Positions 14,225-30,349 of a stretch of 64,000 nt of DNA are shown piece by piece (positions within the stretch are counted from its first letter, which is position 1; the number at the start of each line of letters is the position of its first letter). The stretch lies in assembly GCF_009914755.1 (NCBI RefSeq), contig NC_060926.1, one strand, 5' to 3'. The position numbers and the translations under genes are program-made. The DNA is from the human T2T-CHM13v2.0 reference genome, Homo sapiens. The notes beneath the pieces are model-generated. The model had not been told where the DNA came from and did not search any database. It was given only the letters and a program-made list of their open reading frames with translations.

Positions 14225-15375
14225 TTTCTTACTGCTTTATTGAGTGATCATTTATTACCATAAATTTACCCATTTACAGTATGTATACAATTCAATAATT
14301 TTTAGTGTATTCTCAGAGTTGTGCAACCATTGCCACAATCTAAGTTGAGAACATTTTTATCACTTGAAGAAGAAACCCCACACCCACTTTCAGTCACTCC
14401 TTATCCCCTATTCCCCTCCCACTCCCACCCTAGGCAATCACTCATCCAGTTTCTGTCTATAGATTTGCCTCTTCCTGGACATTTCATATGAACGCAATCA
14501 TACAATACCAGGTCTCTTGTGACTGACTTCTTTCACTTAGCATAGTGTTTTCCAGGCTTATCCAAGTCATAGCATGTAGCAGTACTTTATCCCCTTTTAT
14601 GGCTGAACAGCATTCCATTGTGTGGATAGATCACATTTGGTTTATCCACTTATCAGCTGATGGATGTTGGATTGTTTCCACATTGGGGCTATCATGAATG
14701 ATGCTGCTATGAACATTCATGGGCTTGCTTTTGTGGACATATTTACCATTCCCTTGGAGATATACATAGGAGGAGCATTATTGGGTTATATGGTTTGTTA
14801 GCTTCCTGTGGCTGCCATACCACAAATTTAGGGTATTAAAGAAACAACTAACAAAGTCATAAAGACTTACTCCTGTGTTTTCTTCTAAGAGTTTTATAGT
14901 TTTAGCTTTCATATTTAGACCTATAGTTTATTTTGAGTTAATTTTTATGTATTATGTGAGGTAGGGGTTCAACTTCAATCTTTTGCATGTTCTACCATCA
15001 TTTGTTGAAAGGACTATTTTTTCCCCATTGAATGGTCTTGGCCCTCTTGCTGAAAATCAATTTACTGTAAATGTAAGAGTTTATTTCTGAACCCCCGGTT
15101 CTACTCCATTGACCTGTATGCCTACACTGATGGAAGTACCACCCTTAATTACTGTAGCTTGTGGTAAATTTTGAAATCAGGAAGTGCGAGTCCTCCAGTT
15201 TTGTTCTTTTTCAAGACCATGTTGGCTATTCTGGGTTCCTTGCAATTCCAAATGAATTTTAGGATCAGCTTTTCAATTTCTGCAAGAATACTTTTGGGTT
15301 TTTGATGGGAATTGCATTGAATCTGTAGATCAATTTGGGGAATATTGCAACCTTAAGAATATTAAGTCACAATTC
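14225..15375 (-). mobile_element. L1M (L1MB/MC-like) 3' fragment
   Basis: Antisense L1 3' UTR and ORF2 phrases such as 'ctttcacttagcata', 'gggaattgcattgaatctgtagatc'. Confidence 0.85.
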
Positions 15376-15790
15376 TTTTTTATAATAAATGTTTCGTAAC
15401 TTTTGTCACTAGCCCTAGGATATTTTCCACCTGTGTGGGTTCTGAAGAGGAGGGCTCACCTTCCTTAAAATAGACTTTCCTCAGAATTACATAGTTATAA
15501 TTAGCTTGCTAAGGGTCCTGTAGTTTCAAGAAATATTGACATTTTTTAAATGATGGCAACTATTAGAGTTAATAATGAACTGGTAAGTTAAAAGTTGCTA
15601 TACCAAAAAAATTAACAACATAACACTTTTGGGTCACAACATAGCTTTTTAAAACTGGCCTTTTTTTTTTTTTTTTTTTTGCTTAGTATAATGTTAGTGA
15701 TTCCAATAATGTTACTAAACTTAAAAATATTTCAGCCTCCTCATAATTTTAATCATATTATTGTACACTTTACTATTTATTTATTTCATA

Positions 15791-16358
15791 ATAAATAGAA
15801 ATATTTCTTTCTTTAATAAGAAATAAATAGAAATATTTCTTTCTTTAATAAGAAATAAATAGAAATATTTCTTTCTTTAATAAGAAATAAATAGAAATAT
15901 TTCTTTCTTTAATAAGAAATAAATAGAAATATTTCTTTCTTTAATAAGAAATAAATAGAAATATTTCTTTCTTTAATAAGAAATAAATAGAAATATTTCT
16001 TTCTTTAATAAGAAATAAATAGAAATATTTCTTTCTTTAATAAGAAATAAATAGAAATATTTCTTTCTTTAATAAGAAATAAATAGAAATATTTCTTTCT
16101 TTAATAAGAAATAAATAGAAATATTTCTTTCTTTAATAAGAAATAAATAGAAATATTTCTTTCTTTAATAAGAAATAAATAGAAATATTTCTTTCTTTAA
16201 TAAGAAATAAATAGAAATATTTCTTTCTTTAATAAGAAATAAATAGAAATATTTCTTTAATAAGAAATAAATAGAAATATTTCTTTCTTTAATAAGAAAT
16301 AAATAGAAATATTTCTTTAATAAGAAATAAAGAGAAATATTTCTTTCTTTAATAAGAA
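15791..16358. repeat. AT-rich minisatellite, 32-bp unit ATAAATAGAAATATTTCTTTCTTTAATAAGAA, 18 copies
   Basis: Counted directly: 14 identical 32-mers, then 28/32/28/32(variant). Confidence 0.97.
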
Positions 16359-19300
16359 ATAAATAAATAGATAAGAAACAGCATATTATTTTGTTATCTC
16401 TAACGAAGTTGTACTCTCTGGTTGATGTTACCTTGTTTCTAATAGAGTTAAGGATTTTCTTCTGTTTAATTTCACCCACAGTTGGTGAGAGTCCCCATTA
16501 CATGCCAAACAAAGTGTTGAAGCATTATGGGAAATGCTAAGATAAATAAAATCAAGGAGTTTTCCAAGTAGCAGAAAGTGTTTCAAAACCACCAAATAAC
16601 TCAGACATGAGACCAGGCAAGCAAGGTGGCATGAGGAAGTCCAAAGAAAATGTTCTGTGGAGAAAAGGCACCGTTTCACCTCTGTAGGAGGGTGTTGGAG
16701 GCGTGTGGAGGAGAGGCCATTGGGGGTAGCCCAAAAGCCAAGTAGGAAGTGGGGAGAAGGGATTTGGGGCCCAGAGAAAGACATGCAGGGGCTTGAGTTG
16801 AGCCAACAAACGGCGTATTTGGAGGCTGGTTTGCCTGGATGGTAGGGCTTTGGAGCGGGTAATGGAGAAGGTGAGACATGTGGGTTGGGACAAGAATATC
16901 AACGTAAGGAACGTGCATGTGATTCAGAAAGCAGCAGGAAGTTAAGGAAGTATTTTTGAGCAGGGTTATGATGCATTTGAGGAAGATCAACTTAGTGGAA
17001 TTTTAAAGGATAATGTGGTTCTCAACATTTTCTTTCATTAGCATCCCTTAGGGAGACATGAATGAGAGAAACTAAATACTAAGGAATAAGATTTTGTCAG
17101 GTAGGATTGAGCTTTGGAAGGTTGTAGCCATCACAATGTCTAAGATTCCTTTGTCCTCCCAAGAATCAGTTTTCACTTCCTTCCCTTGTGGGTAATTTCA
17201 CCCCCACTGAGAATTCGTGGGGAGCAAGGGAGTATGGTTTAGTTATTGAAAAAGATATGAAGCCTCAGCTCGGCGTCATTCTGCTGCAGAATGGAGACCA
17301 TGTCTGTCTTTCATATTGCTGCTTCCCCAGCACCTTGTGCAGTGCCTGACATGCAGAAGGCACCCAACAAGCCCTTGTGAGTGAAGGATGTGGAACTCAC
17401 TTTAATGTAAGAGTTGTGAGGTTATTAGAAGAGTGGCAGAGGCTCATTAATTCCAAGTAAATACAATGTAAAGTCTAGGTGGTCATACTGCTTCGATCAG
17501 ACATTAAATCAAACAAATAGATAAAAGTAAAGTGATTTCATCTTAATAACATTCTCGGAAATCTTGGGAGAGCCAGCCCCCTGTTTCCACGGCAAAGTGA
17601 AGCGGAAGCTTAAGGCAGTTACCTTGAAATTCTTGCCAAACAAGGTGGAAAATCCAACAACTGCTTTTATCTTGGTTTTGCTACAGCAAACTATGCAAAT
17701 TGCCCAAGAATGGAATGACTGAATGTGTATTTAAAACCACAAATAAATTGTTCATTAACATTTCAGATCAATCCAGATCTGGCTAAAGGATCTGAAACAT
17801 TTTGCTTGCATTCATGTTGAAATCAGTGTTTCAATTTACTTTAAAATTTGAAATAATGGTCCCTGGTTTTCTCAAAACCAAGACCCCTTAAATTTGTTTT
17901 TACCTTTGTGGAGTGATTTGGTCCTGGAAATTATTAAGTAAATAATCCATCAATTTTCCTTTAAGACAACCAGTGTTGCTATTGCCAGCCCAAAACAAAA
18001 TTGTTAGCCTAAAAAGTCTTACCTTAAATAAATGAACAGTTTCTTCTGGCTTTGTCAAATAATATTTGTTTTTACATCAGTTTACATTAGAGACCTATTC
18101 TATTACAGCCTTAGAGACCCTGAAGATCTTGCATCTCAAAATCAGGGCCATGAATCGCATTGGCTTCTCAGTGTGTGGGGTTGGGGGAATTGAAGCCACA
18201 GTATAAACATAGTACGTCTTTCTAGAGCATCAATTTTACTCTTGCATTTTGGAGAAATGCAATATAGAGCAAAATTTTAGAGTAAATGCATGACCAAGAT
18301 GCATTTTAAAATAAAACGCTTTAAAGAACTTATAAGGCTGCTTGAATTTGTCCTTGGATCCCTTATGTTAAGTATGAACCTTCTTTGAGAAGCTGTGTCA
18401 CTGAACTTGCAGGCCAAAGTGTTGTGTTTGAAGGTTGTGTTTGAAGGGTCGGGACCCACTCCAAGCCAAGACTTCACTGGAGGGCAGGTTCTGCCATTCC
18501 CTCTAGAAGGAGGAGAATAGACTCCCCCAAGGAGACACAGAAGGGAGCCTGAAGCAGCATGGGATTGGGGGTGAAGAGAGCTGTGAGCCCTCTTGGGGAA
18601 ATTCCTACAAATCCTGAGTAATGGCTGTTAAACTTATGACTATTTTATGTGTGGTTGATGGTTTTTGTGGGGTTTTTGTGGAGTGGGAAGCGGTTCTGAA
18701 AAACTCTAGAAGGGGCTGAATTTCACTTTGGAGTAAATATGGTGCCCTGTGGAGACAGCACCAAGGAAACAGGGACCCCCAGGCCAGCAGAAGGTCAGCT
18801 CCCAGGGGAACAGAGATTCCGGAGGGACTAGGAGTTCTACTGACCAAAAATTGAAACACAGGGTAGGATTTTAGGCAATTTTATGTTGCCTAAGGGTAAC
18901 GCTGGATTACTTGTGTTTTGTTATGTTTTCAAATAAACTCTTCATATTAATTTAACATACACTTTCTAAGCACTTTATTCATTTTCCCAAGGTTTGTTTT
19001 TCCTTTGAATGATTATTATTTTCCCCAGTTTTAGTTATAAATGGAAAGGCAGGACTGCCATTTTATCCCTGAAGGGATATTATTTATAACGATCTAAAAA
19101 TAAAGCTGATCTGCTGATAAAGTATTAAAAAAAAGACAGGAAATGCAGGCTGGGCACTGAGATGTGCTGAGCCATGAGACGGTAGGATGTAGTGGAAAGA
19201 GCCCTAGCCCAGAGCTGGAGACCAGGTTCTAGGTCCAGGTCTTGCACTCACCCTGTGGCATGGACAGTACCAGGTCACTGTGTCTTCATGAAATAAGGAC

Positions 19301-20048
19301 ATTGCACAAAATGGCCTCTGCAGTCTTCCTGGGCTCAGACAAATCTTTGAGAGGACAAAGAACATGGATGATTATGGGAAGCAATGAGTATTTGCAACCA
19401 AAAATTGAGAACTGCAAAATTAATAAAATCTTCCTATTTTGGAAGTCAGGCTTTTGGATGTTGACTTTGTTTTCTAAAGTGTAGAAAATAAGCTGTTCAT
19501 TTTTGCTATAATTTGTCATGTTTTGTTGTTGTTTTAAGTTCACTGAAAAAGCTCATTGGCACGATGTCCCCTGGAATTGTCTTAGACATTATTTGGTTGA
19601 AATATCCCTGCCCGCACCATCACTATGTCTGCTGACTGCCTTCTCTGCCATCCACCACGTGGATCACAGCTCACTGCTGCCTCAAACTCCTGGGCTCAAG
19701 TGATCCTCCCACCTCCGCCTCCCAAGTAGCTGGGACTACAGGTGTGAGCCACTGCACCCAGCTGTCCAGGCCTTCAGTCTCCACTAGTCTCCATTTCACT
19801 TCAGATCTTAAGCAGAAGCTGAACGTTTTCTTCCTGTTTCTGAGCTCCTATTAACTAAATATCTACAGTTTTGTTTGAGTCTGTTGTTTCTTATTTCTCT
19901 GTTGATCCAAATGAACAATTCCAGTTCAAGAATCTTTTAAAGGTGGACATGGGAAACTATAGTCAAATAATGTATCTTTTATTATCACAAATTGGATCTA
20001 TGTTGTTTTATTCTCTAAGAAAATCATCTAGTATTTTCTTATTGCTAA

Positions 20049-20387
<339 letters not shown>

Positions 20388-21221
20388 TAGATATTATGTC
20401 ATGAATTCTAGCATGCCCCCTTCATGTTCAAATGGGTAGTGGGTAGATTTGGATTTGCTGTGACATACTCATGTTGGAGGAAAGGTCAAGTCTCTTTATT
20501 TGTCCATAGGTGCTGGCTGGATCTCCAGTCTTGGGAGTTTAGGTTCCTGTCTTCCTTGGGACCATTCAGGAATACTGGAAAAATGGAGCGAACCCAGCAG
20601 CTTTGAGGACAGATCTCTGTTCTGGTCTTCTGCCCATAATGTCGCTTGTTGGAAACTGATTTAAGCCAGTGAGCTTATTTCTAATTGTCAGGCAGATATT
20701 GAGAGTCTGACCCTGACAGCATGTGGGAGTCATAGGTCCACTCCTCAGCAGCCTTGCTACAGGTGGTCGGCTGCAGCGAACAGGTCTGAGAAGACACTCT
20801 GCAACACATATGAACACTTACTAGCAAGCAGGCAAAAAGATCATTGTGTTTGTAATCTCACGAAGTCCCAGCTGCAGTTCCTAGTGGGGAGGCTTTGATG
20901 GCCGCAGGTATGACAACTGGCTGACCGAATACTTTAGTAAAGTGCAGAGCATGGGGGACTAAGGGAGTCTGGGGCCCTTGAATGTCATTCTAAAGGATAT
21001 TGGTCTTTTGCACTCACCAGATTGTCATACCCCTTTTGTTTGAGAGTGGAAATGCCTGGATAATATTTCTAGTTAATCCATAGATTCTGAGTATCCTTTC
21101 TGCTACTATAGAAGACTCTCCAGAATGGATTTAGGTGGCATAATTGAAACACTCTGATGGCTGCCTGTGGAGTGTAGATGCTGGGTTAGGATCCTTCAGT
21201 GCTCACAAAGCACTCCTAGAA

Positions 21222-21510
<289 letters not shown>

Positions 21511-22038
21511 CTAAGCTTAACCACTCCCAGGGTACATATTAAAACCAGCTTATGCACCCTTGTTTGTTGCAGTGTTCTTACTGAATTATTTTTAAGTAAT
21601 AACAGATGATAGAACCACTTCCACTTCCAGCTCTTCCTGGACTCCAGCTTGAGGACTTCACAGCCCTCCCCCAATGAGAAGCATGGGGACAAAGCTCTTT
21701 GTTAAGATTCCAGGCCTGGGGCTGAGTGGCCCCTCTCCATCCTCAGGCGGGCCCTGTCATCCCAGGACTCTGAGTGTGATGGACTCAGCAAACCTCTCCT
21801 CCCAGTCTCTCTCAAAAGGGCTGCTCTCATGGGTCTGGCCCCTGGGAACTCATATCTTCACCAAGACTGCCCATGTGCAGGGCCCCTTGGAGGCCAAGAG
21901 AAGCCTGGGAAACTTTTTGTTTGGGCTTTTAACAAGTTTCGTAAGAAAGGGAAGATACACCAAAACAGGGTCACAAAAATTGTAGTGCTTTAAGAATGTT
22001 CACATGTAATAAATAAGAACTTTTTAAACACATGCATG

Positions 22039-22365
22039 ACCAGACACAGTGGCTTACACCTGTAATCCCAGCACTTTCAGAGGCCAACGTGAGAAGACCC
22101 TTTGAGCCCAGGAGTTCGAGACCAGCCTGGACAACATAATGAGACCCCATCTCTACAAAAAATAAAAAATAAAAATTAGCTGGGCATGGTGGTGCATGCC
22201 TATAATCCCAGCTACTCAGGAGCAAATGCAGGAGGTTTGCTTGAACGCAGGAGTTCGAGGCTTCAGTGAGCTATGATTGTGCCACTGCACTGCAGCCCGA
22301 GCAACACAGAAAGACCCTGTCTCAAAAATAAAAAACAAAAAACCAACAACAACAACAAAAAAACA
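22039..22365 (+). mobile_element. Alu (J-type)
   Basis: Dimer with an (A/C)-rich tail. Confidence 0.9.
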
Positions 22366-23169
22366 CAGGCAAACACAGTGTACCCTCATCAGGAGAGAAT
22401 GTCTAAAGTCTAATTTAGGGCATTGAAGAATGTCAGTCCTCAAGCAATGGGACTTCCAAGCCCCTGGGACAGACCCAGCGTCTGGCCTAGACTTCAGAAA
22501 CCAAAGGTCTCTTAACCTTCTCCTGGCCCAGGCAAAGCCCAGATCCCCAGAATTCAAAATTCTTGTGTCCCTTTCAAACGAAGGAAGGAAAAACACCTTT
22601 CCTCAGAGACCCAGCTGACATATCCACCAGATGATCCTGCCTCACAGGGATGGCCTTCTCCTGTCACTGTCAGAGAATTCCCACCCTCAACTTCCTTTTC
22701 ATCTGCCCAGGCGTGGATTGGAGGCTGTCTTAGTCACGTTCTTTTTCCTGACTTTCTGATGGTCTCAGTGTCCTCTGGGCCCCTAAACCAGTGGCATGTA
22801 ATTAGAGAACCTTTAGGAATTGGTGCCTGACTTAGCTCGATTGAATCGCAGGACTAAATTGAATTAAACAAAAAGCACTTGCAGTAACATTCAGGACTGT
22901 GGGGAGGGGGCCCTAAAGGATGCTAAGTCTCGGGCTGGGGTGGGAGGGTACTGCAGGTATTGTTCCTAAGGGGGAAAGTGGGGACATGGGGCACGTTTTA
23001 TAATTCTTGAAATGGTGTGTGTTATGTTTATTATTTTTTAAATGGTGTATGATGTATTTCAAATATTTTGAAAAGTTAAATATAGGATATCTCCTCAAAT
23101 TCTTTTAGGAACAGATGAAGTCTACATAAATGAGGTGAGTATGCAAATAAAGCCGTGTATTTCCTCTAA

Positions 23170-23618
<449 letters not shown>

Positions 23619-24498
23619 TGACCACTGAGAGCTTTCTTGGCCCAGTACCGGGTGTTCCCCAGGTCACCAGTGTGACTGGCGTGCAAAGCTTGTTGCCCAG
23701 TGACATGGCCCAAGATGGGAAAGTGTTAGGCTGCAGAGGACCTGGACAGAGTCAGGAGACGCGGTTTGCTGCAGGCTTCCCACTGCCCTGTGCCTAAAGC
23801 TTCATCTATCATGTGGTGCTGGCAGTTGCCGAAGCCTTTTCAAATAACTTCAACATACTCCCTTAAATGCTAGGTTGAAAAATTTACAACCATCCAAGTT
23901 ATGATTATAAACACCAGCCACTGGCCTATGCCTGGGAATGTCTGCAGAGGCAGCCCTGGTGCAGGGGATGGGGGTGGTTCCGGGAGGTGGGGACTGTTTG
24001 AGTTCTTCTGAGCCTTTCCTAGGTCACCTAATTCATCCTTTGGCCTCCAGCCAGAGCTGCCGTCATTCCTTCTCTTAAAACTGTCCCCTCTGCCCCTCCC
24101 TTTGCTCTATAGTCCAGACCCCAGTCTTCAGCTTGAGAAGCCATTAGGTTAGCTAAATTATTGATGTTTCAAAACCAAAACAGAAGAGTATACATTAGTA
24201 ACAAATGAGTTTCTACTTTTTTTCTTTTCAGGCAAATTTCCTACAATCTGCACAATAAGGTGACTTGCCGTGAAAGCATTTCACTTTTTCTTTCCAAAAA
24301 AGTTATAAAAATTTGCAAAGTTAACTTTTATAAATTGATAGTGTTGTCTCTGACTCACTTCGTCATATTAGAGATGCATTTCCATAGGGGGAGGGAAAGA
24401 ATCTTAGACCCAACATACCCACAATAGTATTTTAGATCAAGAAGCACATTTCCTTAAGAATATGATAGACCATTATTATTTTTTTGGAGTTTCAATTA

Positions 24499-24871
<373 letters not shown>

Positions 24872-25515
24872 CTAGAACAGGCATTGTATAAAATGCCAGG
24901 ACACATTTCCTGTTACTACCAAATAATGCTAATAATAATACCTCACTTTTATGCAGTACTTTTGACATTTTAATGCCATCATCTGCTTTAATTCTTAAAA
25001 ATGCCTTTAAGGAAAAATATGATTATCTCCATTTTGCAAAGAAAGAAACTATGCCTGGAGAGGTTAAAAGTCCTTCTGAAGGTTAACGTCATATGAGACA
25101 AGAAGCAAGTTTCTGTGCCCTCTTGCCAATACATTGTTTTCTATTCTGTGCTGTCTGGATCAGATGATTCTGTGCTGGTTTCTCTTTTTCTTGGGCCACT
25201 AAAGACTGTGTTTCTTTATAATTTTCTGAAATAGAAGCAGATAGATTACTGTCTTCATATCTCTATGAGGCGTCATTATCTTTAGCTTCCTTGGATAATA
25301 GCGAACATCATTTCAATAAAGAGTACTTAAAATTTTCTACGCTTTGTTTATGGCTAAGAAAACTCAGTATGTCTAATGTTGTAGTTAAGCGCTGAAGTTT
25401 CTTAAGGAAATATTTTTTAACGATGGAAACAAGATAAGAAATAAAGCATCTACAAGTTTGTCTAAAAGTTGTAGTCTTCAGAATGTTAAACTTGACTTTT
25501 TCTGGTTAATTTTAG

Positions 25516-25617
<102 letters not shown>

Positions 25618-26279
25618 TGAGTTACCAAAATGTCAACAAAATGTATAGGATGTGAAAAACTAAGAGATACTCATACAAAACCTTAGACTTTTGTTTTTCC
25701 TAATGGAAGTTCATCCTTCCACCTGAAATAGACTGGACTTGTCATTGTAAAAGGCAAAAAAAAAAAAAGCAAAAGCAAAAACCAAACATGCGTCAAAAGA
25801 TCATAAGCAAGAAAGGGAATTTATTGGGTCAATTAACTGAAAGGTGCAGTCCGGGTGGATCTTCAGGTGCCTCTGGATCTAGGGATTTAAATCCGGTTGC
25901 AGGAGCCTGACTCTCCCCATATCTTAGTTCCACCATCTTGCGCTTCATTCTCAACAGGTCCCCTTCATGGGGGCAAGACAGCCTCCAGTAGCTCCAGACA
26001 TTAGCCTGGGGATGAGGTGATTGGAGAGGGTGGAGGGGTTGGGGGCATTCAAGCAAAACCCCAGGACTGAGGCTTATCAGACCTCATATACCCATCCATT
26101 AACCAATCTGTTTTGGAGACAAAGGCAAAGACAACAGAATTTCACTATAGGAGCCAATGCTCAGATTCTCTCCTTTTTTTGGTGAATGATTCCAATGTAA
26201 TTTAAGGAATGTCTTGTTCTTTCAGTATATACTAAAAGTCTGTCCCTAGATGGATATTGAGCTGTTAGATATTGATATA

Positions 26280-26930
<651 letters not shown>

Positions 26931-27879
26931 ATAATGGCCATGCCAGTTGTTAAAATATTTAAATACTTCTGTACTGGTTGGAAAATATATACTGTCCTGA
27001 GTCCCCTATCCCTCCACCCCACCTACCTGGACTCTCCCCTGCCCCCACCTGCCTCCTCCCCATTGATGCAGCAACTAAGGGGTTAATACCTAGCAATTTA
27101 GGAGTGGAGGAGGACATCTGCAGGACCTGGTTCCAGCTTTATACAGTATTCACTCTGATTGATTGCTGTCTGTGAAGTGCTGATGGGTTGATATTTTGAA
27201 TATCACTCATGGTGAAAAGAAGACTAAATAAAGGCTCCAGTTCTGGAGGCCTCAGAGTCTAATGGGGATAGGACCATGTCATCAATTAATCACTCCAGTT
27301 GCTAAGAACAACTCATACAGGAGGTGACAGCTGGGTTATCCTCCAAGGATGCCATGGGCTGGGGACAAGAGGATGGCACCGCAGGCAGAGAAAGAGCCTC
27401 TGCAAAGGCGTGATGGCAGCAGAGAGCATGGACTCCATCTTGCAGGTGATGAATGGCCACTGGGAGATTTTAATCCACTCAGTAGCTGGTAAATGCCAGA
27501 TCCCTCTAGATATAGGGCCAGCAGGTAGATAAAGACTGTGGGCTTCAGCAGGCTTATGGAGGGGGAAGCAAGGCCTAAAGAGCCTGCAGGCAGCACTGAG
27601 CAGGGGACTGTAAGCTGCTGATGACCGGGTGGATCAAGTTAGAAAGAGCAGCCACAGAACCCTTTTAGTGGTGGTAGAGGCTTATGGACCGTGCATATGA
27701 GCTTTGAGGTCCTTCTTTTTCAGTACAACCTGCTGTCCTTGAATGGAACTCCAAAGTTTAGATCTGGAACAATTTCCTTGGTTCAGCTGTTGCGTTGCCC
27801 TCCTCTCTGCCCCCTCCAGAGTGAGACAGTAAGCTTCTCACTCACTCTCTCTGCTTACTTTTGTTTTTAAAAAGCTCTT

Positions 27880-28570
27880 TAAAAATTGTAAAATAAATAA
27901 TACATATAAAATAATCTATAATAATTTGCACAGTTTGAATAATAATAATAACAATGAATACTGGTTTTAAGGCATGAAATATGACCATTACCTTTGCAAT
28001 CACTCTTCTGAATCTTGTAATAACCATTCCCTGGGTTTACTTTAGTAGTTTTGATGCATGCACATGCACCCCTAAATCATACATTGTTTAGCTTTGCCAG
28101 TTTTTGATCTTTACATAGATGGAATCCTACCGTGTAAGTTCTTTTGTAACCTGCGTTTTTCATTCAACATTATGTTTTTGCGGTTCAGCCACATTATTAT
28201 ACACAGTTGTAGCTCACTGCTATATACTGTCCACTGTATGAATTCACCACAGTTTTTTATCCACTCCACTGCTGATGGACCGATGGGTAGTTTCCACTAT
28301 TTTGTTTTGTTTTGTTTTGTTTTTGCTATGCTGAACATTGCTGGCATATATCCTTGTAAAGTACATGGCTCCTGTACACATGTTCTAGAGCTTCTCCAGG
28401 GTATATACCTAAATGGGGAATTGCAGGTCACAGCACAGATTGGGTTACTATGTAATGGCTGTCTGTTTTCTAAAATGGTTGTAGGCCTTTACACACCCAC
28501 CTGCAGTGTGTGAGGATTTCTGTTTCTCCTACATTGTTGCTAACAATGGGAACTATCAGACTTCTGCATT
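27880..28570 (-). mobile_element. Old L1 (L1ME-like) fragment
   Basis: Antisense L1 3' phrases such as 'ttttcattcaacattatgttttt', 'ggtatatacctaaatgggg'. Confidence 0.7.
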
Positions 28571-30349
28571 TTTGGTGACTTTTACATTCTTAGCCCCGTG
28601 CTCTTCCATTCTCTCTTTATTTTTCCCAAAAAGTTCTGCAAGAACTCCACCACAGTACTTCCTCCTTCCCACTCACCAACCCTTCCTGTGTTCGCTCACT
28701 CCTCCTCAGTATTAAATGGTCTGTGCAGGGACCCCAAGAGTTTAAAAAGGTGAATCCTTCCTTGCAGGGTCCACTCACTCTCTGAATTTTGAGAACAGAT
28801 ATTTCCTTTGAGTGGGCAAATATAGCAATTTTTATCAAAGTTGAAGTGGCAGAAAACAACTAACTCCCTAGTTCATTAATTCTTTTTTATTTTCTTCTTT
28901 TTTCCCCTCTATAAATTACTTTTTGTTTGGATCATAAGCCAGGCTTATGAGTTGAGAACAATGATTTATAAAACTGGTGAAAATAATATGCCTAATAATG
29001 CAGACATCATCCTTGGGCTCTTAATACAAAAATGTACCAACCTCCCTAGAGGCTGTTCCCAAGCTACTTTGTATATAACACCATTCATTTGTAACCAGAA
29101 TGAAAATTTCAGCTAAACAGTTTATTTAACTGTGTTATTGTATATAATGATGTGATATTTTTAAAAAATCTTTCAAAAGATAAGCATGCTACTGTTTTCC
29201 TCCAGACATTCTGGCAGCAGGCATAGCCTTCCAAGACTTCATACCCTTAACGTAATGGCTTATAATCAACTTTTAACTACTCAAACTGTCCTATGCTACA
29301 TTCAATCCAAAATGTGTGGTAACAGGACAGGGGGTGACTACTAGAACACGTTTTCAGCTAAAGTGTTTTCTATTAATCCTAGGCTACCCTGGGGTTGAAG
29401 GTATCATTTGGGTGGGCTGTTTATTCAGTATTCATTCAGTCGGTTAACAAACCTTTATTGAATGCCTTCCATGTGCCAGGCACAGTGTTAGGTTCTGAGG
29501 ATGCAGAGATGATCAAGACCTGGTACCATGACTAAATAGACAGTTTCCATTCCTAATTCAGTGTATGCTGAAAAGGGATGACCCGGCTTGGTTGAGGTCA
29601 GTTGGGGGCAGGTAGGATGAGGAGCTCAGGCACCACTTCCAGGAGGAGGACATGCCTGAGCTGAGTTTGGAAATTTGACTAGAAATGAGCCAGCAAAAGG
29701 AGGGTGTGGAGTAGAAAAGAAGAGGGGGTGTCCCAGGAATCGTCATCTGTAGAAAATATTAAAGCAATCAACTCTACTAAAAGTGAGTCGGCTTTTGCAT
29801 GTTACCATGCACTAACAATTCTGAATATTGCCAGTGATAAAAATACTCCTCCTGCAAGGGTGGACTTGCTCCCGACCACCGCCTCTGATGCATGAGAAGC
29901 TATCTCCTTAAATGCCAGTCTCACCTTTGGTCTCCTAGCTTGCCACTCTCATTTTTGTTCGTGTCACAGCACTTTGTTTCCTGTGAGAGCCATCGAGCTA
30001 TCCTACTCTGTGCTGACTGCAGTCCAGCCTTGCTCCTTCTCTGCCTTAGCATGAGTACCCCCCCAGCTCCTACAGACATGAGCAGCCTCAACGTGGCTCC
30101 ATTCCTTTCTGCAGGGGCAGTTTGTCATTGGATTATGGGCCTAGAAATGTGCACCTCTGAGTGCTGCCTCTTGGCCCGTGTCCCAGCTACCTGGCAGCTT
30201 CTGAGCCCTACCTCACTGGTCTTTCCTACCCGCACACCCCACTCAGAGGCAACTCCTGGGTCAGTGCCTCTTTTGGCTTAACCGTCTACTTGTCATGATG
30301 TCTTTCAGAGATGGGACTTCTGACCGTGCTTGCAGGGTTTTTTTTTTCC

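Noticed and set aside
15791-16358. CRISPR-like array of ~32-bp palindromic repeats, and ORF 16165-16479
   Set aside because: Units are head-to-tail with no unique spacers, there are no cas genes, and the context is a eukaryotic intron. The ORF is just the translated repeat.
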